From Eledone cirrhosa (Eukaryota), in NCBI GenBank assembly GCA_964016885.1, contig OZ024740.1:317378001-317442000 (forward strand): DNA of 64,000 nt, given 5' to 3'. Below the pieces are notes generated by a model. The model was not told where the DNA came from. It searched no databases and was given only the letters and a program-made list of their open reading frames with translations. Positions 1 to 14,302 of the stretch are shown one piece after another; the stretch's first letter is position 1; every line of letters begins with the position of its first letter. Position numbers and translations under genes: made by a program.

Positions 1-3000
1 AGAGGCAAGAGAAAGAGAAGGACAACAACAACAACCATTTTAAGAGGTTAGAGAGAGAGAAGGACAACAACAATAACAACCATTTTAAGAGGCAAGAGAA
101 AGAGAAGGACAACAACAACAACCATTTTAAGAGGTTAGAGAGAGAGAAGGACAACAACAATACCAACCATTTTAAGAGGCAAGAGAGAGAGGACAACAAC
201 AACAATAACAACCATTTTAAGAGGTAAGAGAGAGAGAAGGACGACAACAATAACAACTATTTTATGAGGTAAGAGAGAGAGAACAACAACAACAACCATT
301 TTAAAATTGAGAGAGGACAACAACAATAACAACCATTTTAAGAGGTAAGAGAGAGAGAGAGGACAACACCAACAATAACAACCATTTTAAGAGGTAAGAG
401 AGAGAGAGGACAGCAACAACAATAACAATCATTTTAAGAGGTTAGAGAGAGAAGGACAACAACAACAATAACAACCATTTTAAGAGGCACAAGAGAGAGA
501 AGGACAACAACACCAACCATTTTAAGAGGTAAGAGAGAGAGAAGGACAACAACAACAACCATTTTAAGAGGTAAGAGAGAGAGCAGGACAGCAACAACAA
601 TAACAACCATTTTAAGAGGTAAGAGTGACAGAAGGACGACAACAACAATAACCATTTTAAGAGGTAAGAGAGAGAGAAGGACAACAACAATAACAACCAT
701 TTTAAGAGGTAAGAGTGACAGAAGGACAACAACAACAATAACAACCATTTTAAGAGGTAAGAGAGAGAGAAGGACAACAACAATAACAACCATTTTAAGA
801 GGTAAGAGAGAGAAGGACAACAACAACAACAATAACAACCATTTTAAGAGGTAAGAGAAAGAAGGACAACAACATCAACCATTTTAAGAGGTAAGAGAGA
901 GAAGGACAACAACAACAAGAACAACCATTTTAAGAGGTAAGAGTGAGAGAGGGACAACAACAACAATAACAACCATTTTAAGAGGTAAGAGTGAGAGAGG
1001 GACAACAACAACAACCATTTTAAGAGGCAAGAGTGAGATTGGGACAACAACAACAATAACAACCATTTTAAGAGGTTACAGAGGACAACAACAATAATAA
1101 CCATTTTAAGAGGTAAGAGTGACAGAAGGATAACAACCATTTTAAGAGGTAAGAGAGAGAAGCACAACAACAACAATAACAACCATTTTAAGAGGTTAGA
1201 GAGAGAAGGACAACAACAACAACCATTTTAAGAGGCAAGAGAGAGAGAAGGACAACAACAATAACAACCATTTTAAGAGGCAAGAGAGAGAATGACAACA
1301 ACAACAATAACCATTTTAAGAGGTAAGAGAGAGAGAAGGACAACAACAACAATAACAACCATTTTAAGAGGTAAGAGAGAGAGAAGGACAACAACAACAA
1401 TAACAACCATTTTAAGAGGTAAGAGAGAGAGAAGGACAACAACAACAATAACAATCCTTTTAAGAGGTTAGAGAGAGGACAACAACAATAACAACCATTT
1501 TAAGAGGCAAGAGAGATAAGGACAACAACAACAACAACCATTTTAAGAGGTAAGAGTGACAGAAGGTCAACAACAACAATAACAACCATTTTAAGAGGCA
1601 AGCGAAAGAGAAGGACAACAACAACAACCATTTTAAGAGGTAAGAGAGAGAGAAGGACACCAACAATAAAAAACCATGTTAAGAGGCAAGAGAAAGAGAA
1701 GGACAACAACAACAACCATTTTAAGAGGTTAGAGAGAGAGAAGGACAACAACAATAAAAAACCATGTTAAGAGGCAAGAGAAAGAGAAGGACAACAACAA
1801 CAACCATTTTAAGAGGTTAGAGAGAGAGAAGGACAACAACAATAACCACCATTTTAAGAGGCAAGAGAAAGAGAAGGACAACAACAACAACCATTTTAAG
1901 AGGTTAGAGAGAGAGAAGGACAACAACAATAACAACCATTTTACGAGGCAAGAGACAGAAAAGGACAACAACAAAAATAACAACCATTTGAAGAGGCAAG
2001 AGAGAGAGAAGGACAACAACAATAACAACCATTTGAAGAGGCAAGAGAGAGAGAAGGACAACAACAACAACCATTTTAAGAGGTAAGAGGGAGAAGGACA
2101 ACAACAATAACAACTGTTTTAAGAGGCTAGAGAGAGAGAAGGACAACAACAACAATAACAACCATTTTAAGAGGTAAGAGAGAGAAGTACAACAACAACA
2201 ATAATAACCATTTTAAGAGGTAATAGAGATAGAAGGACAACAACAATAACAACCATTTTAAGAGGTAAGAGAGAGAGGACAACAACAACAATAACAACCA
2301 TTTTAAGAGGTAAGAGAGAGAGAGAACGACAACAACAATAACAACCATTTTAAGAGGTAACAGAAAGAAGGACAACAACAACAATAACAACCATTTTAAG
2401 AGGTAAGAGAGAGAGGACAACAACAATAATAACAATCATTTTAAGAGGTAAGAGAGAGACAAGGACAACAACAATAACAACCATTTTAAGAGGTAAGAGA
2501 GAGGACAGCAACAACAATAACAACTATTTTATGAGGTAAGAGAGAGAGGACAACAACAACAATAACAACCATTTTAAGAGGTAAGAGAGAGAGAAGGACG
2601 ACAACAATAACAACCATTTTATGAGGTAAGAGAGAGAGAACAACAACAACAACCATTTTAAAATTGAGAGAGGACAACAACAATAACAACCATTTTAAGA
2701 GGTAAGAGAGAGAGAGGACAACAACAAAATAATAACCATTTTAAGAGGTAAGAGAGAGAGGACAACACCAACAATAACAACCATTTTAAGAGGCACAAGA
2801 GAGAAGACAACAACAACAACAACAACCATTTTAAGAGGTAAGAGAGAGAGAAGGACAACAACAACCATTTTAAGAGGTAAGAGAGAGATAGGGACAACAA
2901 CAATAACAACCATTTTAAGAGGTAAGAGAGAGAAGGACAACAACAACAATAACAACCATTTTAAGAGGTAAGAGAGAGAAGGGCAACAACAACAATAACA

Positions 3001-6000
3001 ACCATTTTAAGAGGTAAGAGAGAGAAGGGCAACAACAACAATAACAACCATTTTAAGAGGCACAAGAGAGAGAAGGACAACAACAACAACAACCATTTTA
3101 AGAGGTAAGAGAGAGAAGGACAACAACAACAATAACAATCATTTTAAGAGGTTAGAGAGAGGACAACAACAATAACAACCATTTTAAGAGGCAAGAGAGA
3201 TAAGGACAACAACAACAATAACAACGATTTTAAGAGGTAAGAGTGACAGAAGGTCAACAACAACAATAACAACCATTTTAAGAGGTAAGAGAGAGAAGAA
3301 GAACAACAACAATAACAACCATTTTAAGATGTAAGAGAGAGAGAAGGACAACAACAACAATAACAACCATTTTAAGAGGTAAGAGAGAGAAGGACAACAA
3401 CAACAATAACAACCATTTTAAGAGGTAACAGAGAGAAGGACAACAACATTAACAACCATTTTAAGAGGTAAGAGAGAGAGAAGGACAACAACAACAATAA
3501 CAACCATTTTAAGAGGTAAGAGAGAGAAGGACAACAACAACAACCATTTTAAGAGGTAAGAGAGAGAGAAGGACAACAACAACAATAACAACCATTTTAA
3601 GAGGTAAGAGAGAGAAGGACAACAACAACAATAACAACAATTTTAAGAGGTAAGAGAGAGAAGGACAACAACAACAATAACAACCATTTTAAGAGGTTAG
3701 AGAGAGAGAAGGATAACAACAACAATAACAACCATTTTAAGAGGTAAGAGAGAGAAGCACAACAACAACAATAACAACCATTTTAAGAGGTAAGAGAGAG
3801 AGAAGGACAACAACAACAATAACAACCATTTTAAGAAGTAAGAGAGAGAGAGAAGGACAACAACAACCATTTTAAGAGGTAAGAGAGAGAGAAGCACAAC
3901 AACAACAATAACAACCATTTTAAGAGGTTAGAGAGAGAGAAGGACAACAACAACAATAACAATCATTTTAAGAGGTAAGAGAGAGAGAAGCACAACAACA
4001 ACAATAACAACCATTTTAAGAGGTAAGAGAGTGAGAAGGACAACAACAACAATAACAACCATTTTAAGAGGTAAGAGAGAGAGAAGGACAACAACAACAA
4101 TAACAAACATTTTAAGAGGTAAGAGAGAGAGAAGGATAACAACAACAATAACAACCATTTTAAGAGGTAAGAGAGAGAGAAGGACAACAACAACAACCAT
4201 TTCAAGAGGTAAGAGTGACAGAAGGACAACAACAATAACAACCATTTTAAGAGGTGAGAGTGACAGAAGGACAACAACAACAATAACAACCATTTTAAGA
4301 GGTAAGAGTGAGAAGGACAACAACAACAATAACAACCATTTTAAGAGGTAAGAGAGAGGACAACAACAATAACAACCATTTTAAGAGGTAAGAGTGACAG
4401 AAGGACGACAACAACAATAACCATTTTAAGAGGTTAGAGAGAGAGAGAGAAGGACAACAACAACCATTTTAAGAGGTAAGAGAGAGAGAAGGACAACAAC
4501 AACAATAACAACCATTTTAAGAGGTAAGAGAGAGAAGGACAACAACAACAATAACAACCATTTTAAGAGGTAAGAGAGAGAAGCACAACAACAATAACAA
4601 CCATTTTAAGAGGTAAGAGAGAGAGAGAGAAGGACAACAACAACAATAACAACCATTTTAAGAGGTAAGAGAGAGAGAAGGACAACAACAACAATAACAA
4701 CCATTTTAAGAAGTAAGAGAGCGAGAGAGAAGGACAACAACAACAATAACAACCATTTTAAGAAGTAAGAGAGAGAGAGGACAACAACAACAATAACAAC
4801 CATTTTAAGAGGTAAGAGAGAGAGAAGCACAACAACAACAATAACAACCATTTTAAGAGGTTAGAGAGAGAGAGAGAAGGACAACAACAACAATCATTTT
4901 AAGAGGTAAGAGAGAGAAGGACAACAACAACAACCATTTTAAGAGGTAAGAGAGAGAGAAGGACAACAACAACAATAACAACCATTTTAAGAGGTAAGAG
5001 AGAGAAGGACAACAACAACAATAACAACAATTTTAAGAGGTAAGAGAGAGAAGGACAACAACAACAATAACAACCATTTTAAGAGGTTAGAGAGAGAGAA
5101 GGATAACAACAACAATAACAACCATTTTAAGAGGTAAGAGAGAGAAGCACAACAACAACAATAACAACCATTTTAAGAGGTAAGAGAGAGAGAAGGACAA
5201 CAACAACAATAACAACCATTTTAAGAAGTAAGAGAGAGAGAGAAGGACAACAACCATTTTAAGAGGTAAGAGAGAGAGAAGCACAACAACAACAATAACA
5301 ACCATTTTAAGAGGTTAGAGAGAGAGAAGGACAACAACAACAATAACAATCATTTTAAGAGGTAAGAGAGAGAGAAGCACAACAACAACAATAACAACCA
5401 TTTTAAGATGTAAGAGAGTGAGAAGGACAACAACAACAATAACAACCATTTTAAGAGGTAAGAGAGAGAGAAGGACAACAACAACAATAACAAACATTTT
5501 AAGAGGTAAGAGAGAGAGAAGGATAACAACAACAATAACAACCATTTTAAGAGGTAAGAGAGAGAGAAGGACAACAACAACAACCATTTCAAGAGGTAAG
5601 AGTGACAGAAGGACAACAACAATAACAACCATTTTAAGAGGTGAGAGTGACAGAAGGACAACAACAACAATAACAACCATTTTAAGAGGTAAGAGTGAGA
5701 AGGACAACAACAACAATAACAAACATTTTAAGAGGTAAGAGAGAGGACAACAACAATAACAACCATTTTAAGAGGTAAGAGTGACAGAAGGACGACAACA
5801 ACAATAACCATTTTAAGAGGTTAGAGAGAGAGAGAGAAGGACAACAACAACCATTTTAAGAGGTAAGAGAGAGAGAAGGACAACAACAACAATAACAACC
5901 ATTTTAAGAGGTAAGAGAGAGAAGGACAACAACAACAATAACAACCATTTTAAGAGGTAAGAGAGAGAAGCACAACAACAATAACAACCATTTTAAGAGG

Positions 6001-9000
6001 TAAGAGAGAGAGAGAGAAGGACAACAACAACAATAACAACCATTTTAAGAGGTAAGAGAGAGAGAAGGACAACAACAACAATAACAACCATTTTAAGAAG
6101 TAAGAGAGAGAGAGAGAAGGACAACAACAACAATAACAACCATTTTAAGAAGTAAGAGAGAGAGAGGACAACAACAACAATAACAACCATTTTAAGAGGT
6201 AAGAGAGAGAGAAGCACAACAACAACAATAACAACCATTTTAAGAGGTTAGAGAGAGAGAGAGAAGGACAACAACAACAATCATTTTAAGAGGTAAGAGA
6301 GAGAGAGAACGACAACAACAACAATAACAACCATTTTAAGAGGTAAGAGAGAGAGAAGAACAACAACAATAACAACCATTTTAAGAGGTAAGAGAGAGAG
6401 AAGGACAACAACAACAATAACAACCATTTGAAGAGGTAAGAGTGACAGAAGGACAACAACAACAATAACAACCATTTGAAGAGGTAAGAGTGACAGAAGA
6501 ACAACAACAATTACAACCATTTTAAGAGGTAAGAGAGAGAGAAGGACAACAACAACAATAACAACCATTTTAAGAGGTAAGAGAGAGAGAAGGACAACAA
6601 CAACAATAACAACCATTTTAAGAGGTAAGAGAGAGAGAAGGACAACAACAACAATAACAACCATTTTCAGAGGTAAGATAGAGAGAAGGACAACAACAAC
6701 AATAACAAACATTTTAAGAGGTAAGAGAGAGAGAAGGACAACAACAACAATAACAACCATTTTAAGAGGTAAGAGAGAGAGAAGGACAACAACAACAATA
6801 ACCATTTTAAGAGGGAAGAGTGACAGAAGGACAACAACAATAACAACCATTTTAAGAGGTAAGAGAGAGAAGGACAACAACAACAATAACAACCATTTTA
6901 AGAAGTAAGAGAGAGGACAACAACAAGAATAACAACCATTTTAAGAGGTAAGAGTGACAGAAGAATAACAACAACAATAACCATTTTAAGAGGTAAGAGA
7001 GAGAGAAGGACAACAACAATAACAACCATTTTAAGAGGTAAGAGTGACAGAAGGACAACAACAACAATAACAACCATTTTAAGAGGTAAGAGAGAGAGAA
7101 GGACAACAACAATAACAACCATTTTAAGAGGTAAGAGAGAGAAGGACAACAACAACAACCATTTTAAGAGGTAAGAGTGACAGAAGGACAACAACAACAA
7201 TAACAACCATTTTAAGAGGTAAGAGAGAGAGAAGGACAAAAACAATAACAACCATTTTAAGAGGTAAGAGAGAGAAGGACATCAACAACAAGAACAACCA
7301 TTTTAAGAGGTAAGAGTGAGAGAGAAGGACAACAACAACAATAACAACCATTTTAAGAGGTAAGAGTGAGAGAGGGACAACAACAACAACCATTTTAAGA
7401 GGCAAGAGTGAGAGAGGGACAACAACAACAATAACAACCATTTTAAGAGGTAAGAGTGACAGAAGGACAACAACAACAATAACAACCATTTTTTGAGGTA
7501 AGAGAGAGAGAAGGACAACAACAATAACAACCATTTTAAGAGGTAAGTGAGAGAAGGACAACAACAACAATAACAACCATTTTAAGAGGTAAGAGAGAGA
7601 AGGACAACAGCAACAACAATAACAACCATTTTAAGAGGTAAGAGAGAGAAGGACAACAACATCAACCATTTTAAGAGGTAAGAGAGAGAAGGACAACAAC
7701 AACAATAACAACCATTTTAAGAGGTAAGAGAGAGAAGGACAACAACAAGAACAACCATTTTAAGAGGTAAGAGTGAGAGAGAAGGACAACAATAACAATA
7801 ACAACCATTTTTAGAGGTAAGAGTGAGAGAGGGACAACAACAACAACAACCATTTTAAGAGGCAAGAGTGAGAGAGGGACAACAACAACAATAACAACCA
7901 TTTTAAGAGGTTACAGAGAGGACAACAACAATAATAACCATTTTAAGAGGTAAGAGTGACAGAAGGATAACAACCATTTTAAGAGGTAAGAGAGAGAAGC
8001 ACTACAACAACAATAACAACCATTTTAAGAGGTTAGAGAGAGAAGGACAACAACAACAACCATTTTAAGAGGCAAGAGAGAGAGAAGGACAACAACAATA
8101 ACAACCATTTTAAGAGGCAAGAGAGAGAAGGACAACAACAACAATAACAACCATTTTAAGAGGTAAGAGAGAGAGAAGGACAACAACAATAACAACCATT
8201 TTAAGAGGTAAGAGAGAGAGAAGGACAACAACAACAATAACAACCATTTTAAGAGGTAAGAGAGAGAGAAGGACAACAACAACAATAACAACCATTTTAA
8301 GAGGTAAGAGAGAGAGGACAACAACAACAACAACAACCATGTCAAGAGGTAAGAGAGAGAGAAGGACAACAACAACAATAACAACCATTTTAAGAGGTAA
8401 GAGAGAGGACAACAACAACAATAACAAATATTTTAAGAGGTAAGAGAGAGAAGGCCAATAACAACAATAACAACCATTTTAAGAGGTAAGAGAGAGAGAA
8501 GGACAACAACAACAATAACAACCATTTTAAGAGGTAAGAGAGAGAGAAGGACAACAACAACAATAACAACCATTTTAAGAGGTAAGAGAGAGAGGACAAC
8601 AACAACAATAACAACCATATTAAGAGGCAAGAGAGAGAGAAGCACAACAACAACAATAACAACCATTTTAAGAGGTAAGAGAGAGGACAACAACAACAAT
8701 AACAACCATTTTAAGAGGTAAGAGAGAGAAGGGCAATAACAACAATAACAACCATTTTAAGAGGTAAGAGAGAGAGGGGCAACAACAACAACCATTTTAA
8801 GAGGCAAGAGAGAGAAGGACAACAACAACAATAACAACCATTTTAAGAGGTAAGAGAGAGAAGGACAACAACAACAATTTTAAGAGGTAAGAGAGAGCGG
8901 ACAACAACAACAACAACCATGTCAAGAGGTAAGAGAGAGAGAAGGACAACAACAACAATAACAACCATTTTAAGAGGTAAGAGAGAGGACAACAACAACA

Positions 9001-9512
9001 ATAACAACCATTTTAAGAGGTAAGAGAGAGAAGGGCAATAACAATAACAACCATTTTAAGAGGTAAGAGAGAGAGGGACAACAACAACAACCATTTTAAG
9101 AGGCAAGAGAGAGAAGGACAACAACAACAATAACAACCATTTTAAGAGGTAAGAGAGAGAGAAGGACAACAACAACAATAACAACCATTTTAAGAGGTAA
9201 GAGAGAGAGGACAACAACAACAATAACAACCATATTAAGAGGCAAGAGAGAGAGAAGCACAACAACAACAATAACAACCATTTTAAGAGGTAAGAGAGAG
9301 GACAACAACAACAATAACAACCATTTTAAGAGGTAAGAGAGAGAAGGGCAATAACAACAACAATAACCATTTTAAGAGGTAAGAGAGAGAGAAAGGAAAC
9401 AACAACAATAACAACCATTTTAAGAGGCAAGAGAGAAGGACAGCAACAACAATAACAACCATTTTAAGAAGCAAGAGAGGGTGATAACAACAACACAATA
9501 ACAACCATTTTA
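1..9512. repeat. Minisatellite, ~35-48 bp compound unit ACCATTTTAAGAGGTAAG(AG)nAAGG(ACA)nATAACA; begins before the window
   Basis: The unit repeats continuously with variable (AG)n/(AAC)n lengths. All overlapping ORFs are periodic Leu/Val strings. Confidence 0.98.
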
Positions 9513-9710
9513 AACCCTTTAGCATTTACATTACTCTATACATACGATTATATTTTCATGGTACAGGCATTGCCTCACATAATTATCTTACATAATATCG
9601 AATCTATGAGATTTTGATATTTACTTTGAGAACAATACCTTAACATCAGTATGAACAGCCAATTACAGCTGGTTTGAGCAGAGAGAGAATTCTGACCAGA
9701 TATGGCTAAG
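9510..9710. mobile_element. Partial TTAA-flanked (piggyBac-like) MITE, inverted relative to 11057-11269
   Basis: Starts TTAA-ACCCTTTAGCATTTAC; ~9590-9685 is the reverse complement of ~11110-11200. Confidence 0.7.
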
Positions 9711-9789
9711 ATCATTTTCCCCCACAAAAGCAGCAGTTAGCCTTGCAGTGGCCCCATGACAAGCTTCTCTACTTTCCGTATTGGCTGTT

Positions 9790-9990
9790 CTTCATTTATC
9801 CCCACTAAACTCCCGGCCTTCCTTTACACTTCCTTCATATTTAGCCATATCTTTCTTGGTTTTCCCCTTCCTCTGCTTCTTTTCACATTCATTTCCATCA
9901 CTTTTCTCACCCAGTCAATTTCATCATTCCCCCAACACATGATCCAGCCATTTTATTCTATTTCTCTTCACAATACTCATCACTGGCTCT
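9790..9990 (-). mobile_element. Decayed RTE LINE C-terminal fragment
   Basis: Minus strand translates DEIDWVRKVMEMNVKRSRGRGKPR, the RTE C-terminal RGRP-type motif. Confidence 0.75.
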
Positions 9991-10415
9991 ATTCCCATTA
10001 CTCAGAGAAAACTAGACAGATTTATTAACAGATAGGCAGAGATATTGAGCAACATACAACAGAACATACAGAGGAACTGGAACTGTGGTCAATTCTCCAA
10101 AGTTTCTCCATCTTCTCTCGTTATTTTCTCATTACAGCTGTCTAGATGGTGTCTCATAAAAAAAAATCTACTCAAAGGAAGGCAAATGTAATATTTCTAT
10201 TTTTTCAGGAAAATTCCATGACAAGTACACAATGAATATAATGGAAGTCACTGGGGGTCATTTGTCAACCTGTTGGTATGTCTTTCCTTTAGAGAAAACA
10301 AAGATGTTAACACTTCTGTTACTATATTTCTAATGAAATACTTTGTATTTCAATTAATTATTTGTTCCCACCACTGCCTGTCTCCTCAATCTTTCTTTTT
10401 TAATTTCTTATTCTA

Positions 10416-10451
10416 TTTTCTGATGAAGGACTAGCATCAAAAACGTTAAGA
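10416..10451 (+). ncRNA. Degenerate minimal hammerhead ribozyme in a PLE 3'-end remnant
   Basis: CTGATGA-A-GGACTAGCATC-AAAAC-GTT (GAAA damaged); homologous to 32702-32737 including downstream flank. Confidence 0.5.
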
Positions 10452-10642
10452 CTCTTTTCCTACTATATCAAGCATAAAACTAATAATATATTTCTTCATT
10501 GTACTGTGTCATTTGCTTTGTTATTTCTGTTTGCCTTTTGCATACACACAGATGTGTGTAACTATATGTATATAAATATATATATAATAATAAAGTAAAA
10601 ATCAACAGGTTAGAATTTATTTCATTTATTTATTCACAATCA

Positions 10643-10697
10643 CTGTTATATATATTTCGGTGATAACTTATGCGATAGTCATAACCTCATCAGACAG
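10643..10697 (-). ncRNA. Minimal type-I hammerhead ribozyme
   Basis: RC: CTGT-CTGATGA-GGTTATGACT..AGTTATCACC-GAAA-TATATATA-ACAG; helix I CTGT/ACAG, palindromic helix III. Confidence 0.75.
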
Positions 10698-11056
10698 CTA
10701 GGCAGTGCCAAGAGAGTTAAACTATTTTGGAAAAGAAGATGCATCTATTTTACTATATTCTCTTTTCTCAGGTGAACCCTTGTGGCATCCAACAAGACTA
10801 TGGACATCAGCATAATAGTTGATAACATAAGCTAGAGAGTACCCACATAACCAACACAGTTGTTGTGGCTTGCAAGATGTGTTCCAGGATTCTTAGATTT
10901 TTCCCCGTTTAGGGATATTCATAACATTATCCTTTTCTTCTCTATCTTTGCTTGGCCCTTCCTTCAATATTGCTCCCTGATGTAATCTTCCAACATGAAA
11001 CTAATTATTATGAACATTGAAGCACCCCAGAAGTCAATTACAAAAAAGATAGATGC

Positions 11057-11269
11057 TTAATATTTTAGCATTTAAACCAGCTGTATCCGGCCAAAATTCT
11101 CTCACCTCTTTCTGTTCAAATCGACTGTAACTGGCTGTTCATATTGATGTTAAGGTATTGTTCTCAAAGTAAATATCAAAATCTCATAAATTCTATATTA
11201 TGTGAGAAAAAGCTTTTACCACAAATATACAATAGTAAATATAGAGTAATGTAAATGCTAAAGCGTTAA
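11057..11269. mobile_element. piggyBac-like MITE
   Basis: TTAA..TTTAGCATTTA ... TAAATGCTAAA..TTAA inverted ends; internal homology to 9510-9710. Confidence 0.7.
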
Positions 11270-11789
11270 ACTCTACACTTTCCAATGCTGCTGTAGATGC
11301 AATATTAAGTGTATAGTATGGGAGATATTCCACCAATATTGCTGAAATGATGTTAGCATCAATTTTAAAATCCACCCAAGGCTTGGTATTTGTGATATTT
11401 GTTCCCTAAAAAAAGATAAGCTCACATGCACAAACAAAATTATCACAACTATTTTACCTCAACTGGCTCTGCTCTCTTTAATATCAGACTAAACTATAAG
11501 GGAGAAAAAGATCCCACAGCATTGGAAAATTCTCTGGACAAATTCCTCCAAAAAAATTCTAGATAAGCCATTTACAGCCAAATATGTTTCCATTAACTCT
11601 TTACTCCACTGTGTCCAAAGCATGAATGAAATGCAAAGCATGATTTGAAATATCTCACTTGGTGGTGCTATTAAGTTAGACATGGCCTGGGCCAATACTG
11701 GTGGTACCTATGAAACTAATTCAAAGTGTGTGTATGTGTGTATATATATATATACACACACATATATGTGTGTGGGTGGGTGAGTACTA

Positions 11790-11925
11790 GTTTTTGTATC
11801 TTTTGCAAGATTTTAAAAAATCTGAAATCAATTGTTGAAACAGATATTATTATACTTTGGGAGGGTCATGCTGCCAATCAAAAAATACACACATGTGCCT
11901 GTTGGGTTTCTCTTCAATTTATTAT
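11790..11925 (-). mobile_element. 3'-terminal fragment of the PLE family at 22962-26884
   Basis: GAAACAGATATTATTATACTTTGGGAGGGTCAT resembles 23010-23042 and the RC of ~45625-45660. Confidence 0.7.
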
Positions 11926-11959
11926 GGGTTAGGCATGTTGTCATGTGCTAAGTCTAGAC

Positions 11960-12420
11960 TTATTTCTTCTCACTCCTGTTTTGCATACTGAATCAGGGCC
12001 CTGCCATCTTTCATACTTACTGGGACTTTAAACTTTGCAGAATTGACTTTGATCCTAGAATTTCTTCTCTAGTTCTTCTGCAGGCTCATCTATGAGAACT
12101 AGGTCACCTGCATATAGAAGTTTCTATAGGCAGCCAATTTAAACTCCTCCATTATAGCTTGGAGGACTAAACAGAAGGGGGCTGAGAAGAGAGCCTTGGT
12201 GGATCCTCACCTGTATGCTAAACTTATGCCTATACTCAATGTGAACTCGAACCTTGTTGATTGTACATGGTTGTACAGCCCCTACAAGCTACTCATCTCT
12301 CCTAATTTACTAAAAGTCCCCTACATTGTGGAATAAAGTGCCGTATCCAAAAAATTGGGCTTACTCTTAGTTAAGTACTTCTACAGTTGTCTCACATGGA
12401 AAAGACATTAGTGCTACCTC
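11960..12420 (-). pseudogene. RTE LINE reverse transcriptase remnant
   Basis: Minus strand gives IHQGSLLS and LLYAGDL (decayed QG and YADD motifs) with stops/frameshifts. Confidence 0.7.
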
Positions 12421-12699
12421 CATTTCTTAACTTACAATACTGCTGCTAACTTGGATAACTGGTCCCTCTATTGGGTTTACCTGAAATAGGCTTTCTATCT
12501 CTATGTATTTTCCTCATTCAACAGTTTCTCATAATCACTCTTCCACACTTTTTTCTTTTCAAATAGAGTAATGGTGAGTGCACCACTGTCGTTTTTCCCC
12601 TACTTTTGCCTTGCAAATGAAAACACCTCACACCTTTCTTCCTCATAATGTAGGTCATGCACAGAATTCTTACTTTTGAGACCTAGCCACAAGCGATCA

Positions 12700-13660
12700 A
12701 GCAATATGTATGACACAAACGTAAATGCACACAACAGCTAGCCTAGTAGATGCAGAAAAACACATACCAAAATATGTTGTATTTATACTGACAGGAGGGA
12801 AAGAACTCATGGTGGAGTTGCTTTGTACATCTGTGTAGATGTCACACCATTAGTACTGTTGTCACATTCCAACTCAATCTGTGATACACTAAAAGTATAC
12901 TTAAAGCAACTGAAAATGGTAATATGTGTCACATATTAGCTACCAGATGTTCTTAGTCATGAGGAAAAGTTTGAAGATAGCCTCAAAAAGATGGAAGAAG
13001 TACTAACCAAACTAGATGAGAGTCTCAATATACTAAAGTTGAGAGACTTTACCTCCCCAAGGTTAAATGGCTCAAAGGCCTCTGCTATCTAGAAGCATAT
13101 AAACAATGACAGACAGAATCCCTTACTGGACCTTACAAACACACTGTTCATAGAACAAGTGGTATTATGTCCAACAAGAGGTGAGAATGTCCTGGATCTT
13201 TGATTCATAACTCATCTACAATATAAAGGTAACATTAACAATCTTCTTGGCTTATAACATAGTAGAATTAGTAACATATAATCCAAGGAATACTGTAGAT
13301 ATGCAGCAAACAGGAAACACCTGGCTTCTGTCCAGCCGAAACATCCACAGAGCTAACAGGAATAAGATACAGGAGTGGATCATAAAGCAAAACTGGACCT
13401 ACAGACCCTCTATGCAAGATGTCAATATGGAACTTGAGCATTTCATGACAACAGTACAAGCCATATGCTACAATTTTGGCATGGAAAGAAAAGCCAACAG
13501 ACACAAAAATATCATTCACAGAAATAGAAAAATCCTTATGAGAGTGAGGACGAAGATCTCAAACTGGTTATCTATACAACTGGAGAACGAGAAGCAATCC
13601 CGTTTGAAGCAGTATTTCAAACTGAACTCAAGACTCTCCCATGAAAAAGAGAGGGCAGAA
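12700..13660 (+). pseudogene. CR1/L2-group LINE APE endonuclease remnant
   Basis: DRRERTHGGVALY (~12790) and QVVLCPTRGENVLDL (~13160) match APE motifs; frame broken. Confidence 0.7.
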
Positions 13661-13739
13661 AGAGAAGTCAGGACTATATATCATCATCATGATTGTTTAT
13701 CACCCATTTTCTATGCTAATAACATATATAAATATATAT

Positions 13740-13895
13740 CATCATCATCATCATTTTACGTCCGCTTGCAAGGGTGGGACGGGAACTGATTCTGGCTTGA
13801 TTTCTACAGCTGGATGCCCTTCCTAACACCAACCTCAATTACAGTGAGTGGTGGGTGCTTTTTTGCCGTGTGGCACCTCCACAACCACTTTGCAG
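13740..13895 (-). mobile_element. RTE-type 3' UTR with (GAT)n tail
   Basis: CTACAGCTGGATGCCCTTCCTAACACCAACC shared with ~16546-16576 and ~19571-19601. Confidence 0.7.
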
Positions 13896-13904
13896 TGGAA
13901 TGAT

Positions 13905-14046
13905 AGGGACACCAGTCCTATCATCTCATTTCTACAGGTGAGTAAACTGGAGCAATGTGAAATAAAGTGTCTTGCTCAAGGAAACAACATCACCCGGTCT
14001 GAGAATTGAACTCACAACCTTTCGATTGCAAGCCCAATGCTCTAAC

Positions 14047-14050
<4 letters not shown>
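13905..14050 (-). mobile_element. tRNA-derived SINE, 5' part
   Basis: RC matches 55930-56070, including the B-box region and the GAGCAAGACACTTTATTTCAC core. Confidence 0.8.
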
Positions 14051-14084
<34 letters not shown>

Positions 14085-14089
<5 letters not shown>

Positions 14090-14302
14090 TACAATGATAT
14101 TAAATAAATGGAAACTATATTTATAAAACCATATTTATTCAATTATATATATTTCAAGGGTACCAACATTTTGGTACCCTTGAAATATATATTTATTTAA
14201 TATCATTGAATATTTACTCCAAAAATCTGTCGAGTGCTCTGAATCAGTTATAACATTTATATTTGTTGTATTTCCAACAAATTAAATATCCCTTCTACTT
14301 AT

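Noticed and set aside
1-9512. CRISPR-like look of a constant motif with variable intervals
   Set aside because: Intervals are length variants of (AG)n/(AAC)n rather than unique spacers; no cas genes; eukaryotic context.
135-9525. Dozens of Leu/Val-rich ORFs resembling membrane proteins
   Set aside because: Periodic translations of the minisatellite in all frames.
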